DNA of 64,000 nt from Acidimicrobiales bacterium (GTDB taxonomy: Bacteria; Actinomycetota; Acidimicrobiia; Acidimicrobiales; VFJN01), in the NCBI GenBank assembly GCA_030681555.1, contig JAUXRW010000069.1, forward strand, positions 702-64,701, read 5' to 3'. Below, one piece after another: positions 43,546 to 52,937 of this stretch (the stretch's first letter is position 1; the number at the start of each line of letters is the position of its first letter). The notes under the pieces are model-generated. The model ran no database searches, was not told where the DNA came from, and worked only from the letters and a program-made list of their open reading frames with translations. Both the position numbers and the translations under genes were made by a program.

Positions 43546-44750
43546 CGGAGGTCGGGCCGGGGGCGATCCCCCGCGGCGGGGTGGTCACGCTGCTCCGCTC
43601 GCTCGGCGTCGAGGACGCGGAGATCGACCGCGCCCAGGCGGACGGCAACCTGGTGCTCCTCGCCATCGAGCACCTCGCACTGGGTCAGGAGCTGGTGTAC
43701 GACGTGGACGCGGCCATCGAGCTCACGGGCCTCCCCGAGGAGGAGCTCCGCCACATCTGGCGCTCGTTGGGCTTCCCGGATCCCGTGTCGGGCGAGCGGA
43801 TCTTCTCCGACGTCGACCTCACCAACCTGGCTGCCGTCGCCGAGCTCCTGCACAGCGGGGCGGTCAGCCCGGAGGTCGCCTACGGCATGACCCGGGTCAT
43901 CGGCTCCTCCATGGCGCGCGTCGCGTCCGCCCTCGTGGATGCCGTGGGGGCCCGGGCCGAGGGGGTCATGCGAGCGGGCGGGGATGCCGAGGACGCCGTC
44001 GCCCTCGAGCCGCTGGCGACGGAGGCCGGCGCCTTCCTGCCGATGTTCCCGGCCGTCCTCGAGCAGGTGTGGCGCCGTCACCTCCAGGCGGCGTCGCGCC
44101 GTCGCCTGCTCCGCAGCGAGACGGCGGACGGCGACCGAGCCGTCGTGGGCTTCGCGGACCTCGTGGGATTCACGGCGCTGGCGCAGCAAGTGACCGACGA
44201 GGAGCTGGCGGAGGTCGTCGACCAGTTCGAGCGGCTGGCCTACGACGTCGTCGTGGCCGGCGGCGGGCGCGTGCTGAAGATGATCGGCGACGAGGTGATG
44301 TTCATCGTCGACGATCCGGCGGCGGCCGTGGAGATCGCGCTCGGCATGGCGGATGCCTCCCGCGACGCCGCCGAGCTGTCCGACGTGCGCGTGGGGCTGG
44401 CCTCGGGTCCGATCCTGGAACGGGAGGGCGACGCCTACGGCGCCACCGTGAACCTCGCGAGCCGGGCCACGGCCATCGCCTACCCCGGCACGGTCGTCGT
44501 CTCCCCTGACCTGCGGGCGGCTCTCGAGGGCGACCCGCACTTCTCCTTCCGCGCCATGCGCCCTCGGTTCCTCAAGAACATCGGACGGGTCTCGCTGTCG
44601 GTCGTCCAGCGAGCCGAGGACGTGCCCTTGACGATCCGGGAGGCCATCGACGAGCGCCGGCGCCAGATGCGGGTGGTGGTGCGCGACAAGCTCGCGGCGC
44701 GAGCCGGCCATGAGCCCGACGCCGTCAACCTGCCCGACGAGGAGGGCTGA
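43542..44750 (+). CDS. class III adenylate/guanylate cyclase with N-terminal regulatory domain (Rv1264-like architecture suspected)
   Basis: VVGFADLVGFTAL, KMIGDEVMF and YGATVNLASR catalytic motifs. The GTG overlaps the upstream stop (GTGA). Confidence 0.85.
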   Translation: MTEVGPGAIPRGGVVTLLRSLGVEDAEIDRAQADGNLVLLAIEHLALGQELVYDVDAAIELTGLPEEELRHIWRSLGFPDPVSGERIFSDVDLTNLAAVAELLHSGAVSPEVAYGMTRVIGSSMARVASALVDAVGARAEGVMRAGGDAEDAVALEPLATEAGAFLPMFPAVLEQVWRRHLQAASRRRLLRSETADGDRAVVGFADLVGFTALAQQVTDEELAEVVDQFERLAYDVVVAGGGRVLKMIGDEVMFIVDDPAAAVEIALGMADASRDAAELSDVRVGLASGPILEREGDAYGATVNLASRATAIAYPGTVVVSPDLRAALEGDPHFSFRAMRPRFLKNIGRVSLSVVQRAEDVPLTIREAIDERRRQMRVVVRDKLAARAGHEPDAVNLPDEEG

Positions 44751-44774
44751 GCGCCCGTTCTCGCGGTGGGCGGA

Positions 44775-47504
44775 TCAGTCGGCGAGCGCAGCGGTCGTGA
44801 ACGACTGCGGGCCGAGGATGAACTGGCCCTCGAACGCCTCCCGGGCACGGCCCCTCAGGTCGACCAGCCACCCGCGGCGACCCTCGATGGCGACGGTGGC
44901 AGGCTCGTCGGTCGGGTTGAAGAAACGGACGTGGAGCGCTCCCGCCTCCCGGACCACGGCCGACACCTTCGCCCCGCTGACCGCCAGGGCCCTTCCGTCG
45001 GCTGGCTGGCGGCCGCCCCCGCTCCGCGTCACCAGCAGCGGCACGAAGGCGTCGTCGACCACGGTGTACGGGTCGGCATCGCCGACGTGCAGGCAGAACG
45101 ACGCAGAGGCCGGACCCTGCTGCTGCGGGCCCTCCATCGGTGTGAGCGGACCGGCGGGCAGCGGACGGGTGGCCATCGGACCCTGGGAGAGCATGCCGGT
45201 GCAGCGCAGGAGCGTCAGGGCGAGCGTGTTGGCCACGTCGCCGTCGGGGCCCTGGCGGAGGTCGACGAGCTCGTACTCGAGCAGACCCTCGTGGGCGACG
45301 ACCAGCCCGCCCGCCTGCACGAAGCGTCGGGAGGGGAAGGTGGGCAGACCCAGCTCGGTGGGGCCGCCCTCGGCCGTGAGCCCCCGCTCCACCACGGTGA
45401 ACGCGCACTCCGCCCGTGACGTGCGAGCCGGGTACGAGAGGGGGAGGTGCACGCGGAGCCGGTGGTCGCGCAGCCCGTAATTGTCCAGGTCGAGGCGCAC
45501 GCGCACGAGGTCCTCGCCGGCGCGCAGCTCGAGGGTGGTGCGGACGGCGACCGGCAGCGAGCCGACCCGGCGCGAGCCCTCGACGTGGGTGGGGAGCACG
45601 AGCGTGCAGCGGATCTCGAGTCGCGCGCGCAGCGGCCCGTGCTCGACGAGCCGGCACGCCGCCGCGCCGGCCCGATCCACGATCGTGTCATCGACCGGCG
45701 GGCACCAGTTGTACGTGTCGCCCACGTCGCCGCCGTCCACCAGCGCACCGAGACCGGCGAGGCCGTTCACTGCGAACGTGCCGTCGGTCGGGTCCACCTG
45801 CACGGTCACGAGGCCGTTCGACAGGCGCAGGGGCCGGGCCTCCACCGGCGCCACGGTGGCGCCCGCTCCGGTCCACCCCCGCCAGCCGTAGCCCGGCACG
45901 TCCTCGACGCGGGCGAGCACCGTGACCGCGGGCCGGTTCGTCACCCGAATGCGCACCTGCTGGCCGGCGTGCTGCTCGCGGAGCCTGGCCAGCTCCGCCC
46001 GCACCGGTGGGGTGACCAGCGTGCCGGCCTCCTCCCGCTCGACGTACAGCAGCTCCTTGTCGTCCAGCGTCTCGATGGTGAACGACAGGATGCTGCGGAG
46101 GTACTCGAGCTCGGCCACGGTGACCGTGGCCACCGACACCGGCGTCTCCTCGATGAGGACGCGTTCCGCCGCTCGCTCGGCCACGAGCTGGCAGCCATGG
46201 GGGACGCTGGGCCCGGGCAGCCGGAGCTCCACCAGACCGCCACGGGTGCGGGCCGACGGGTTGACGATGACCGCCTGGTCGCCCTCGATGGTGGCGGCGA
46301 GGGCGCGCACGGCCCGGTCCGCCAGGCCGTCGGCGATGTGGGTGGCCTCGGCGTAGCGGTGCAGCACCGCTGCGCACACCTCGTCGGTCGAGCAGGCGCA
46401 GACGGAGTCGTGGGCGCTGTTGCGCAGCACTTCCAGCCAGGCCTGGTCGAGCAGCGAGGCCGGCCAGTGCTCGGCCGGCAGCAGCAGGGCGGACAGGGGC
46501 TCGGCGAGCTGCTCGAGCGCCCGCTCCGCCCGGGCGGCCGCCTGCTTCACGTCGAGCCTGTTCGACGCCACGCCCATGAGGAGGTTGGCCCTCGCCCCGG
46601 ATCGCAGCTCGCCGCGCCAGCTCGGCAGGCCCGTCGTGGGCGCGTCCGCCACGTGGTCGGCCAGCGAGCAGATCCGCAGCTCGTAGCGACCGTCGAGGGC
46701 GTTGGCCTCGGCGACCACCCGCCCGAGCCACGGCTGGGGGAGGAGGTGGTCGGTGCCGTTCATCCAGAGGATCGGACCGACCAGCAGGTCGGCCTGCTCC
46801 TCGGCGAACTCGTCGATGCGTCGCACCAGCGCTTTGGCGTCGTCGGGGACGAGCGCGCCGTTGCCGTAGCCCACCGGCAGGTACTCGGCCCGGACCGTCG
46901 AGCCGTCGGGGCTCGACCACCAGAAGCCGCTGCGATCGACGACGCTCGGTACGCCACGCCAGACGACCGCGTGGTCGAAGCCGAGCTGCCGCAGGATCTG
47001 GGGCATCTGGGCCACGTGCCCGAACATGTCGGGCAGGTAGCCCACCTCCATGGCTCCGTCGAAGCGGGCCGCCACGCGCAGTCCGCGCTGCAAATTCCGT
47101 ACCAGGGTCTCCGCTGAAACGAGGAACTCGTCCGGGAGGGCGTACCAGGGGCCCAGCGACACTCGGCCGCTCGCCGCCAGGGTGCGGAGGCGCTCCTCCG
47201 CTTCCGGCCGAACGGCGAGGTAGTCATCGACCACCGCCATCTGCCCGTCGAGCATGAAGTGGGCGTACGACGGGTCGCCCTCCAGCTGCGGCAGGAGCCC
47301 GTCGAGAAGCTCGACCAACCGGAGCCGGAAGGTCTGGAACGGCGTGTGCCACTCGCGGTCCCAGTGCGTGTGGGGAACGATGTCGACACGCCGCTTCGAG
47401 TCCTGCACGGCATCCACGATGGCACGACCTCGCCACGCCTGCGCTCGGATGCGGGATGGCCTGGTCCGGGCGGGGCGGGTCTTGGTCTGTCCTCGATCGT
47501 CCAT
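44775..47504 (-). CDS. GH38 alpha-mannosidase
   Basis: VDIVPHTHWDREW, FMLDGQ and LPDEF N-terminal GH38 motifs. 909 aa with no signal peptide. Confidence 0.85.
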   Translation of the reverse strand: MDDRGQTKTRPARTRPSRIRAQAWRGRAIVDAVQDSKRRVDIVPHTHWDREWHTPFQTFRLRLVELLDGLLPQLEGDPSYAHFMLDGQMAVVDDYLAVRPEAEERLRTLAASGRVSLGPWYALPDEFLVSAETLVRNLQRGLRVAARFDGAMEVGYLPDMFGHVAQMPQILRQLGFDHAVVWRGVPSVVDRSGFWWSSPDGSTVRAEYLPVGYGNGALVPDDAKALVRRIDEFAEEQADLLVGPILWMNGTDHLLPQPWLGRVVAEANALDGRYELRICSLADHVADAPTTGLPSWRGELRSGARANLLMGVASNRLDVKQAAARAERALEQLAEPLSALLLPAEHWPASLLDQAWLEVLRNSAHDSVCACSTDEVCAAVLHRYAEATHIADGLADRAVRALAATIEGDQAVIVNPSARTRGGLVELRLPGPSVPHGCQLVAERAAERVLIEETPVSVATVTVAELEYLRSILSFTIETLDDKELLYVEREEAGTLVTPPVRAELARLREQHAGQQVRIRVTNRPAVTVLARVEDVPGYGWRGWTGAGATVAPVEARPLRLSNGLVTVQVDPTDGTFAVNGLAGLGALVDGGDVGDTYNWCPPVDDTIVDRAGAAACRLVEHGPLRARLEIRCTLVLPTHVEGSRRVGSLPVAVRTTLELRAGEDLVRVRLDLDNYGLRDHRLRVHLPLSYPARTSRAECAFTVVERGLTAEGGPTELGLPTFPSRRFVQAGGLVVAHEGLLEYELVDLRQGPDGDVANTLALTLLRCTGMLSQGPMATRPLPAGPLTPMEGPQQQGPASASFCLHVGDADPYTVVDDAFVPLLVTRSGGGRQPADGRALAVSGAKVSAVVREAGALHVRFFNPTDEPATVAIEGRRGWLVDLRGRAREAFEGQFILGPQSFTTAALAD

Positions 47505-47547
47505 CGACAGTGCTCCGCGTCGCGTACCCCTGCCGCAGCACGCCTCG

Positions 47548-49701
47548 TCAGCCGGACCGGCAGGCGCCCGCCCGAGGTGCGTCCCCGACCCGGAGCCCGC
47601 TGACGGTGAGCTCGTCCGTCCGCGACTCGAGGGACACCCGCACGAGCGAGGGTGGCAGTCGGACGGCAGCCCGCAGCGCGCCGTCCACGACGAGGGCGGC
47701 GGACCGGTCGCCGATCACGAGGGCGAGCTCCACCGGGCCGTCGTCCGGCACACCGGCGTCGAGCGACTCGAAGCCGAGCGGTCCCAGGCCCGCGCTCCCG
47801 GAGCCGACCCGCGCGCCCTCGAGCGTCAGGTGCTGCGGCTCGCGCTCCGGGTCGTCCGGATCGTCGAAGCGGAAGGTGACGTCGACCAGCGCGCCCGACG
47901 CGGCAACGTCGAAGGTGCCTTCGATCCGCCGGCAGGGTCCGGCACCGAGCTGGAGGGCACCGGCCGCCCCGGCCGTCTCCTCGAACCGGGCGACGTCGTC
48001 GTCCACGGTCCAGCCCGACGACGACGGCTGGCCAGGATCGCGCCACCGCCGGTCTGCGCTGCGGTCGAGCAGCGTGCTCGCAGCGTCGCGTCGCAGCCAC
48101 ACCGTGGCCGCCGAGCCGGGGTAGACCTCGGCGAACCCGGCCCGCACGATGTCCTCGAAAGGGGTGGCGGACTCGAAGGGCTCGGTCTCGACGAAGGCGA
48201 CCGGGTCGCTCTCCTCGAGGTCCTCGGCGAACCACCGCCACGTGTTGGGGAGGACGTGCTCGGGCTTGGTGAGACCGAGGTAGATCTCGCCGAGCAGGAG
48301 CGACTTCCACTGGAACCGGGTGGCCGTCACCCGACGGTACTTCGGGTACACGAACGGATCGAAGGTCCACGCCAGCAGCGCGGCGCGGTCGTCCGAGACG
48401 AGGTCGAGCACCGCTCGCACGCTGCGGTCGCCGCCCCCGAGCTGCCTCGCTCGCTCGTCCGCCAGCGCGGCCACGCCGCGGAAGTCGCGCGTCTCCTCCA
48501 GGGCGTCGACGAAGTACGTCGGCCCGCTCAGGTAGATCGCCAGGAGCGTGGCCGCCAAGGGGACGGCGAGCGTGGCCCGCGAGGCCGGCCGCCGCGTCGC
48601 GACTGCACGGGCGGCGTGGCCGGCCAGCGCCGCACCCATCAGGGCGAGCGGGATGGCGGTGACCGCGTAGTAGTGCGGGGTGTAGCGCTGGCTCAGCACG
48701 AGCTCGACCCAGCCCGCGGCCCACCACGCGAGCAGCCCGAGGTGGACGATGCGCGCCCGGCGGTCGAAGGTGCGCCACAGCAGCCACGTCGTCCCGGCGA
48801 ACGCGAGGAGCAGCAGGACCATCGGGCTCCCGCGATGGTGGGCGTAGACCTGGTCCCAGCCCAGCGACAGCTGGGACCCGAAGGACCGACCCGTTCCCGT
48901 GCTCATGTGCCGGGCGTACACCCACCACCCCGACCAGTACTCCTCCAGGCCGCCCCGGACGAGGTACCACGCCGGGGTCGCCAGGAAGGCGACCACCGCA
49001 GCGACGACCGCCGCCTGCTCGTGGCGCCGACCCTCCTCGCGGCCGCGGCGCTCGTACATCAGCAGGAGCGCCACCAGCCCCACGGCCACGCCCGCGAACA
49101 CCGAGGTGAGGAGCTGCTCGACGACGATGCCGAGGAGCGCCCCGATGGCGATGGAGGTCCGCCGCGCCCGTCGCTGGTCGGACCAGCATCGCTCGCTGAG
49201 GGCCAGCACCCACACGCCCACGAGGAGGCCCGTCGTGATGTTGCGGACGTAGAGCACGCGCGAGAAGCCGTGGTTCGCCAAGGCGAGCTGCACGTACACG
49301 ACCGCCGCTGCGCCGAGGGCGATCGAGCGGTTGGCGCCGGCCCACCGAGCCGTCCGGGCGGCGGCGTACCCAACGAATCCGGCCAGCAGCGCCACCATGG
49401 CCGAGACGGCGAACCAGTAGCCGTCGTAGGAGGTGACGCGGCCTGCGAGGTCGTAGAGCAGCGGTTCGACGGGACCACGGTTGTGGATGCTGTTCTCGTA
49501 GTACGTCCCGCCGAAGGCAGCCACGCGCTCGACCATGTTGCGCATGTACACCGGATCGACGTCCTGCACGCGCAGCTCGTTGCCCACCACGGGCACGACG
49601 GCCACGACGAGCAGGAAGGCCGCGGTGAGGATCCGGAGGCCGCCGACGATCGGCAGCGACCGCCAGCCCGCGGTCCACCACTCGCGCAGCGATCGGAGCA
49701 T
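47548..49701 (-). CDS. large polytopic membrane protein (GT-C-type glycosyltransferase suspected) with C-terminal beta-rich extracytoplasmic domain
   Basis: About 11-13 TM segments in the first roughly 430 aa, then a soluble C-terminal domain of about 280 aa. The functional assignment is inferred from architecture only. Confidence 0.75.
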   Translation of the reverse strand: MLRSLREWWTAGWRSLPIVGGLRILTAAFLLVVAVVPVVGNELRVQDVDPVYMRNMVERVAAFGGTYYENSIHNRGPVEPLLYDLAGRVTSYDGYWFAVSAMVALLAGFVGYAAARTARWAGANRSIALGAAAVVYVQLALANHGFSRVLYVRNITTGLLVGVWVLALSERCWSDQRRARRTSIAIGALLGIVVEQLLTSVFAGVAVGLVALLLMYERRGREEGRRHEQAAVVAAVVAFLATPAWYLVRGGLEEYWSGWWVYARHMSTGTGRSFGSQLSLGWDQVYAHHRGSPMVLLLLAFAGTTWLLWRTFDRRARIVHLGLLAWWAAGWVELVLSQRYTPHYYAVTAIPLALMGAALAGHAARAVATRRPASRATLAVPLAATLLAIYLSGPTYFVDALEETRDFRGVAALADERARQLGGGDRSVRAVLDLVSDDRAALLAWTFDPFVYPKYRRVTATRFQWKSLLLGEIYLGLTKPEHVLPNTWRWFAEDLEESDPVAFVETEPFESATPFEDIVRAGFAEVYPGSAATVWLRRDAASTLLDRSADRRWRDPGQPSSSGWTVDDDVARFEETAGAAGALQLGAGPCRRIEGTFDVAASGALVDVTFRFDDPDDPEREPQHLTLEGARVGSGSAGLGPLGFESLDAGVPDDGPVELALVIGDRSAALVVDGALRAAVRLPPSLVRVSLESRTDELTVSGLRVGDAPRAGACRSG

Positions 49702-50520
49702 CTAGGTGACGGAGATGCCGTCGATCTCGTCAGGTGGTTCGGGCCACTGCGGGTCCATCCGCTCCAGCACCCCGACGAGGATCGAGGCCACCGCCCAGTT
49801 GCGGTACCACTTCTTGTTGGCGGGCACGATGTGCCACGGGGCCTGGTGCGCGGTGGTCCGTTCGACGGTCTCGGCGAACGCGATCTGGTACTCGTCCCAG
49901 CGCTCGCGCGAGTCGAGGTCGCCGAGCCGGAACTTCCAGTGCTTCGTCGGGTCGTCGAGGCGGGCCTGCAGGCGGGCCTTCTGCTCGTCGGCGGAGAGGT
50001 GGAGCAGCACCTTCACGACGGCGGTGCCTTCGTCCGCCAGTAGGTGCTCGAAGGCCTTGATGTGCTCGTAGCGACGGCGCCAGCGCTCCTCGGAGACGAG
50101 GCGCTGGACCCGCACGGCCAGCACGTCCTCGTAGTGGCTGCGGTCGAAGACGCCGATCTCACCCGCGGCGGGCACGTTGGCGTGGACCCGCCACAGGTAG
50201 TCCCGCTCGAGCTCCGACGCCGACGGTGCCTTGAACGACACCACCCGCAGCCCCGCCGGGTTCACTGCGCCGAAGACGTGCTTGACCGTGCCCCCCTTGC
50301 CCGAGGTGTCCATGCCCTGGAGCACCACCAGCACCCGCCGCTCGGCTTCGGCCCACAGCCGCGCCTGGAGGTCGGCGAGGCGGTGGGTGAGCTCGTCGAG
50401 CGCCTCGCGGGTGGCGGCCTTGTCGCCCGGCGCCGCGGAGGTGTCTGCGGGGTCGTGGGCGCCGAGGTCGACCTCGGCGCCGGGCTCGATGCGGTGCAGG
50501 TCGGCGGGGTGGGCGGCCAC
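49702..50520 (-). CDS. ppk2: polyphosphate kinase 2 family protein
   Basis: VLVVLQGMDTSGKGGT Walker A, FDRSHYEDV and VPANKKWYRN motifs. Its stop abuts the next start with zero spacing. Confidence 0.9.
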   Translation of the reverse strand: MAAHPADLHRIEPGAEVDLGAHDPADTSAAPGDKAATREALDELTHRLADLQARLWAEAERRVLVVLQGMDTSGKGGTVKHVFGAVNPAGLRVVSFKAPSASELERDYLWRVHANVPAAGEIGVFDRSHYEDVLAVRVQRLVSEERWRRRYEHIKAFEHLLADEGTAVVKVLLHLSADEQKARLQARLDDPTKHWKFRLGDLDSRERWDEYQIAFAETVERTTAHQAPWHIVPANKKWYRNWAVASILVGVLERMDPQWPEPPDEIDGISVT

Positions 50521-50552
50521 ACCCGGGAGCGTAGGGCGCGCCCGGCCCGGCT

Positions 50553-50804
50553 TCAGTGCTGCAGGCTGGGCAGGTCCAGGACCACCCTCGCTCCGCCGAG
50601 GGGAGCGGTGGCGATCGTGGCCGTGCCGTCATGGCGCTGTGCGATCCGACGGACGAGCGAGGCACCGAGCCCGGACCCCCCCCGTGACCCGTCGCGCGCT
50701 CGGTGCTCGTCGAGGCGCGTGAACCGCTCGAATGCCCGTTCGCGATCTGCCTCGGCGATCCCGGGTCCGTCGTCGTCCACGAGGGCCCGCGCCCGCCCGG
50801 TCAC
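50553..50804 (-). pseudogene. C-terminal stub of a sensor histidine kinase (HATPase_c G1/G2 boxes only)
   Basis: LVDDDGPGIAEADRERAFERFTRLD...GGSGLGASLVRRIAQRHDG...LDLP. No HisKA or sensor region exists in any frame upstream. Confidence 0.65.
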
Positions 50805-50806
50805 GG

Positions 50807-51001
50807 GTCGACGACGCGCTCGCCGTGCCGGTGACGGCTCTCCTCGCCCTGGCCGAGGGTGGCTATGCGGTCGAGCTGGTCAGCGGCGCCGGCTCCGGTG
50901 CCCGTCTGGTGCCGGTCGAGGTGGGCACCCACGCCGACGGCTGGGTGGGCATCGAGGGCGATGGCATCGAGCCTGGTGCCGCGGTCGTGGTGCCGGCATG
51001 A
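50807..51001 (+). pseudogene. C-terminal stub of a HlyD/MacA-type periplasmic adaptor
   Basis: VDDALAVPVTALLALAEGGYAVELV...VEVGTHADGWVGIEGDGIEPGAAVVVPA parallels the C-terminus of the intact adaptor at 52934..54508. The N-terminal roughly 90% is missing. Confidence 0.6.
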
Positions 51002-51696
51002 GCGGCCTCGTGGTCGACCTCGTCGGCGTCGGCAAGGAGTACCCCGGCGATCCGCCCACGCGGGTGCTCGACGACGTGCACCTGGAGATCGGGGTGGGAG
51101 AGCTGGTCGCCATCGTGGGCCCGTCGGGGTCCGGCAAGTCGACGTTGCTCAACATCATCGGCACCCTCGATCGCCCCACCGAGGGGTCGGTATCCATCGC
51201 CGGCCACGACACGTCGCTGCTGTCCGACGACGAGCTCTCCGGCCTCCGCTCCCGCGCGATCGGGTTCGTGTTCCAGCAGTTCTTCCTGCTCTCCGGCATG
51301 ACCGCCGTCGACAACGTGGCGGACGGCCTCCTCTACACGGGGGTGCCGCTCGAAGATCGGCGCGCTGCGGCGGTCCACGCACTGGAGCAGGTGGGCCTCG
51401 ACCACCGGCTCGGGCACGACCCGTCGAAGCTGTCGGGCGGGGAGCGCCAGCGCGTCGCCATCGCGCGCGCCCTCGTCGGCCACCCGTCGATCGTCTTGGC
51501 CGACGAGCCGACGGGCAACCTCGATTCGCGCTCGAGCCAGGCGATCATCGACCTGCTCCACGAGCTCCACGACGAGGGCGCCAGCATCCTGGTGATCACG
51601 CACGACCGCGACATCGCGGCAGGTCTCCCTCGGCAGGTCGAGGTGCTCGACGGCCGCGTCGAGGCGGACACCGTCGCTCGGGGCGCGTCGCGATGA
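50998..51696 (+). CDS. MacB/LolD-type ABC transporter ATP-binding protein
   Basis: GPSGSGKSTLLN, LSGGERQRVAIARA, VLADEPTGNLD. Confidence 0.9.
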   Translation: MSGLVVDLVGVGKEYPGDPPTRVLDDVHLEIGVGELVAIVGPSGSGKSTLLNIIGTLDRPTEGSVSIAGHDTSLLSDDELSGLRSRAIGFVFQQFFLLSGMTAVDNVADGLLYTGVPLEDRRAAAVHALEQVGLDHRLGHDPSKLSGGERQRVAIARALVGHPSIVLADEPTGNLDSRSSQAIIDLLHELHDEGASILVITHDRDIAAGLPRQVEVLDGRVEADTVARGASR

Positions 51697-52937
51697 CCCT
51701 CGCCGTGCACCTCGACCCTCCGGCCGTCGCGGACCTCGCCCGGAGCGCGCTCCACCCCGGCGACCTCCTGCGGGTCGCGTCCGTGGGCCTCCGCACCCGG
51801 CGCCTCCGCGCTGCGCTCTCCGCGCTCGGCATCGCCATCGGCATCGCCATCGGCATCGCGGCCATGGTCGCTGTGCTCGGCATCTCCGAGTCCTCCCGCA
51901 ACGACCTCCTGTCGTCGCTGGACCGGCTCGGCACCAACCTCCTCACCGTGCGAGGCGGTGAGGGGCTCGGCCTTTCGGGGGATGGCGCCCTCCCCACCTC
52001 CGCGAAGCCGATGCTCTCCCGGATCGGGCCGGTGGACGGCGTGTCCTCGGTGACCCTCGTGGACGCCGACGTTCGCCGCACCGACCTGATCCCCAGCACG
52101 CGGACCGGAGGGCTCACCGTGCAGGCGACCGACGCGGCGCTGCTCGCCACGCTCCGCGGGGAGCTGGCGGACGGCGAGTGGCTCGACGACGCGCGGTCCG
52201 AGCTGCCTGTCACGGTGCTCGGCGCCGTGACGGCGGAGCGCCTGGGCATCACCGACGTCGGCAACGGTGTCGCGGTTTGGGTCGGCGACCGCTGGTTCTC
52301 CGTCGTCGGGGTCCTCGAGCCGCTCGAGCTCGCGCCCGACCTCGACCGGACGGCGCTCATCGGGGAGGGGATCGCGCAGGCGGCGTTCGATACGACGGAG
52401 AACCCGGGCACGATCTACCTCCGAGCCGATCCTGACCAGATCGACGCCGTCCGGTCCGTGCTGCCCGCGACGGCGGCCCCGGAGGCGCCGGACACCGTGG
52501 AGGTCGCCCGCCCCACCGACGCCATCGAGGCCAAGGCGGCGGCGAGCGACGCGTTCACGGCGCTCTTCCTCGGGCTGGGCGCCGTCGCCCTGCTCGTCGG
52601 CGGGGTGGGCATCGCCAACGTGATGGTGATCTCGGTGCTCGAGCGACGATCCGAGATTGGGCTGCGCCGGGCGCTCGGTGCCACGCGGCGGCACGTCAGC
52701 ATCCAGTTCCTGGCCGAGGCGCTCCTGCTGTCCGCCCTCGGCGGTGTCAGCGGCGTTGCCCTCGGCGCGGGCGTGACGGCGGCGTACGACCTCGCTCGAG
52801 GGTGGGCCGTCGTCGTGCCCGTCGCCGGCGTCGTCGGCGGGGTGGTCGCCGCCCTCCTCATCGGCGCCGTCGCCGGCCTGTACCCCGCCACCCGAGCCGC
52901 CCGGCTCTCGCCCACCGACGCTCTGAGGACCGTGTGA
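51693..52937 (+). CDS. FtsX/MacB-type ABC transporter permease
   Basis: N-terminal TM, a periplasmic domain and a C-terminal FtsX triple-TM (ERRSEIGLRRALGA). Confidence 0.9.
   Translation: MTLAVHLDPPAVADLARSALHPGDLLRVASVGLRTRRLRAALSALGIAIGIAIGIAAMVAVLGISESSRNDLLSSLDRLGTNLLTVRGGEGLGLSGDGALPTSAKPMLSRIGPVDGVSSVTLVDADVRRTDLIPSTRTGGLTVQATDAALLATLRGELADGEWLDDARSELPVTVLGAVTAERLGITDVGNGVAVWVGDRWFSVVGVLEPLELAPDLDRTALIGEGIAQAAFDTTENPGTIYLRADPDQIDAVRSVLPATAAPEAPDTVEVARPTDAIEAKAAASDAFTALFLGLGAVALLVGGVGIANVMVISVLERRSEIGLRRALGATRRHVSIQFLAEALLLSALGGVSGVALGAGVTAAYDLARGWAVVVPVAGVVGGVVAALLIGAVAGLYPATRAARLSPTDALRTV
51828..51859 (+). repeat. in-frame 12-bp tandem repeat (2.7 copies of ggcatcgccatc) in TM1 of the permease
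   Basis: Encodes GIAIGIAIGIA. Read directly from the sequence. Confidence 0.9.

Noticed and set aside
46760-50043. 973-aa minus ORF (46760..49681) and 929-aa plus ORF (47254..50043).
   Set aside because: These are alternative-frame and antisense shadows of the GH38, membrane-protein and PPK2 genes. They have low-complexity R/P/G/A composition and no recognisable motifs.
50553-50804. Treating the 83-aa histidine-kinase-like ORF as an intact small gene.
   Set aside because: It contains only the G1/G2 ATP-lid region. There is no phospho-acceptor His domain in any upstream frame, and the upstream DNA is the antisense of an adaptor or ABC gene.
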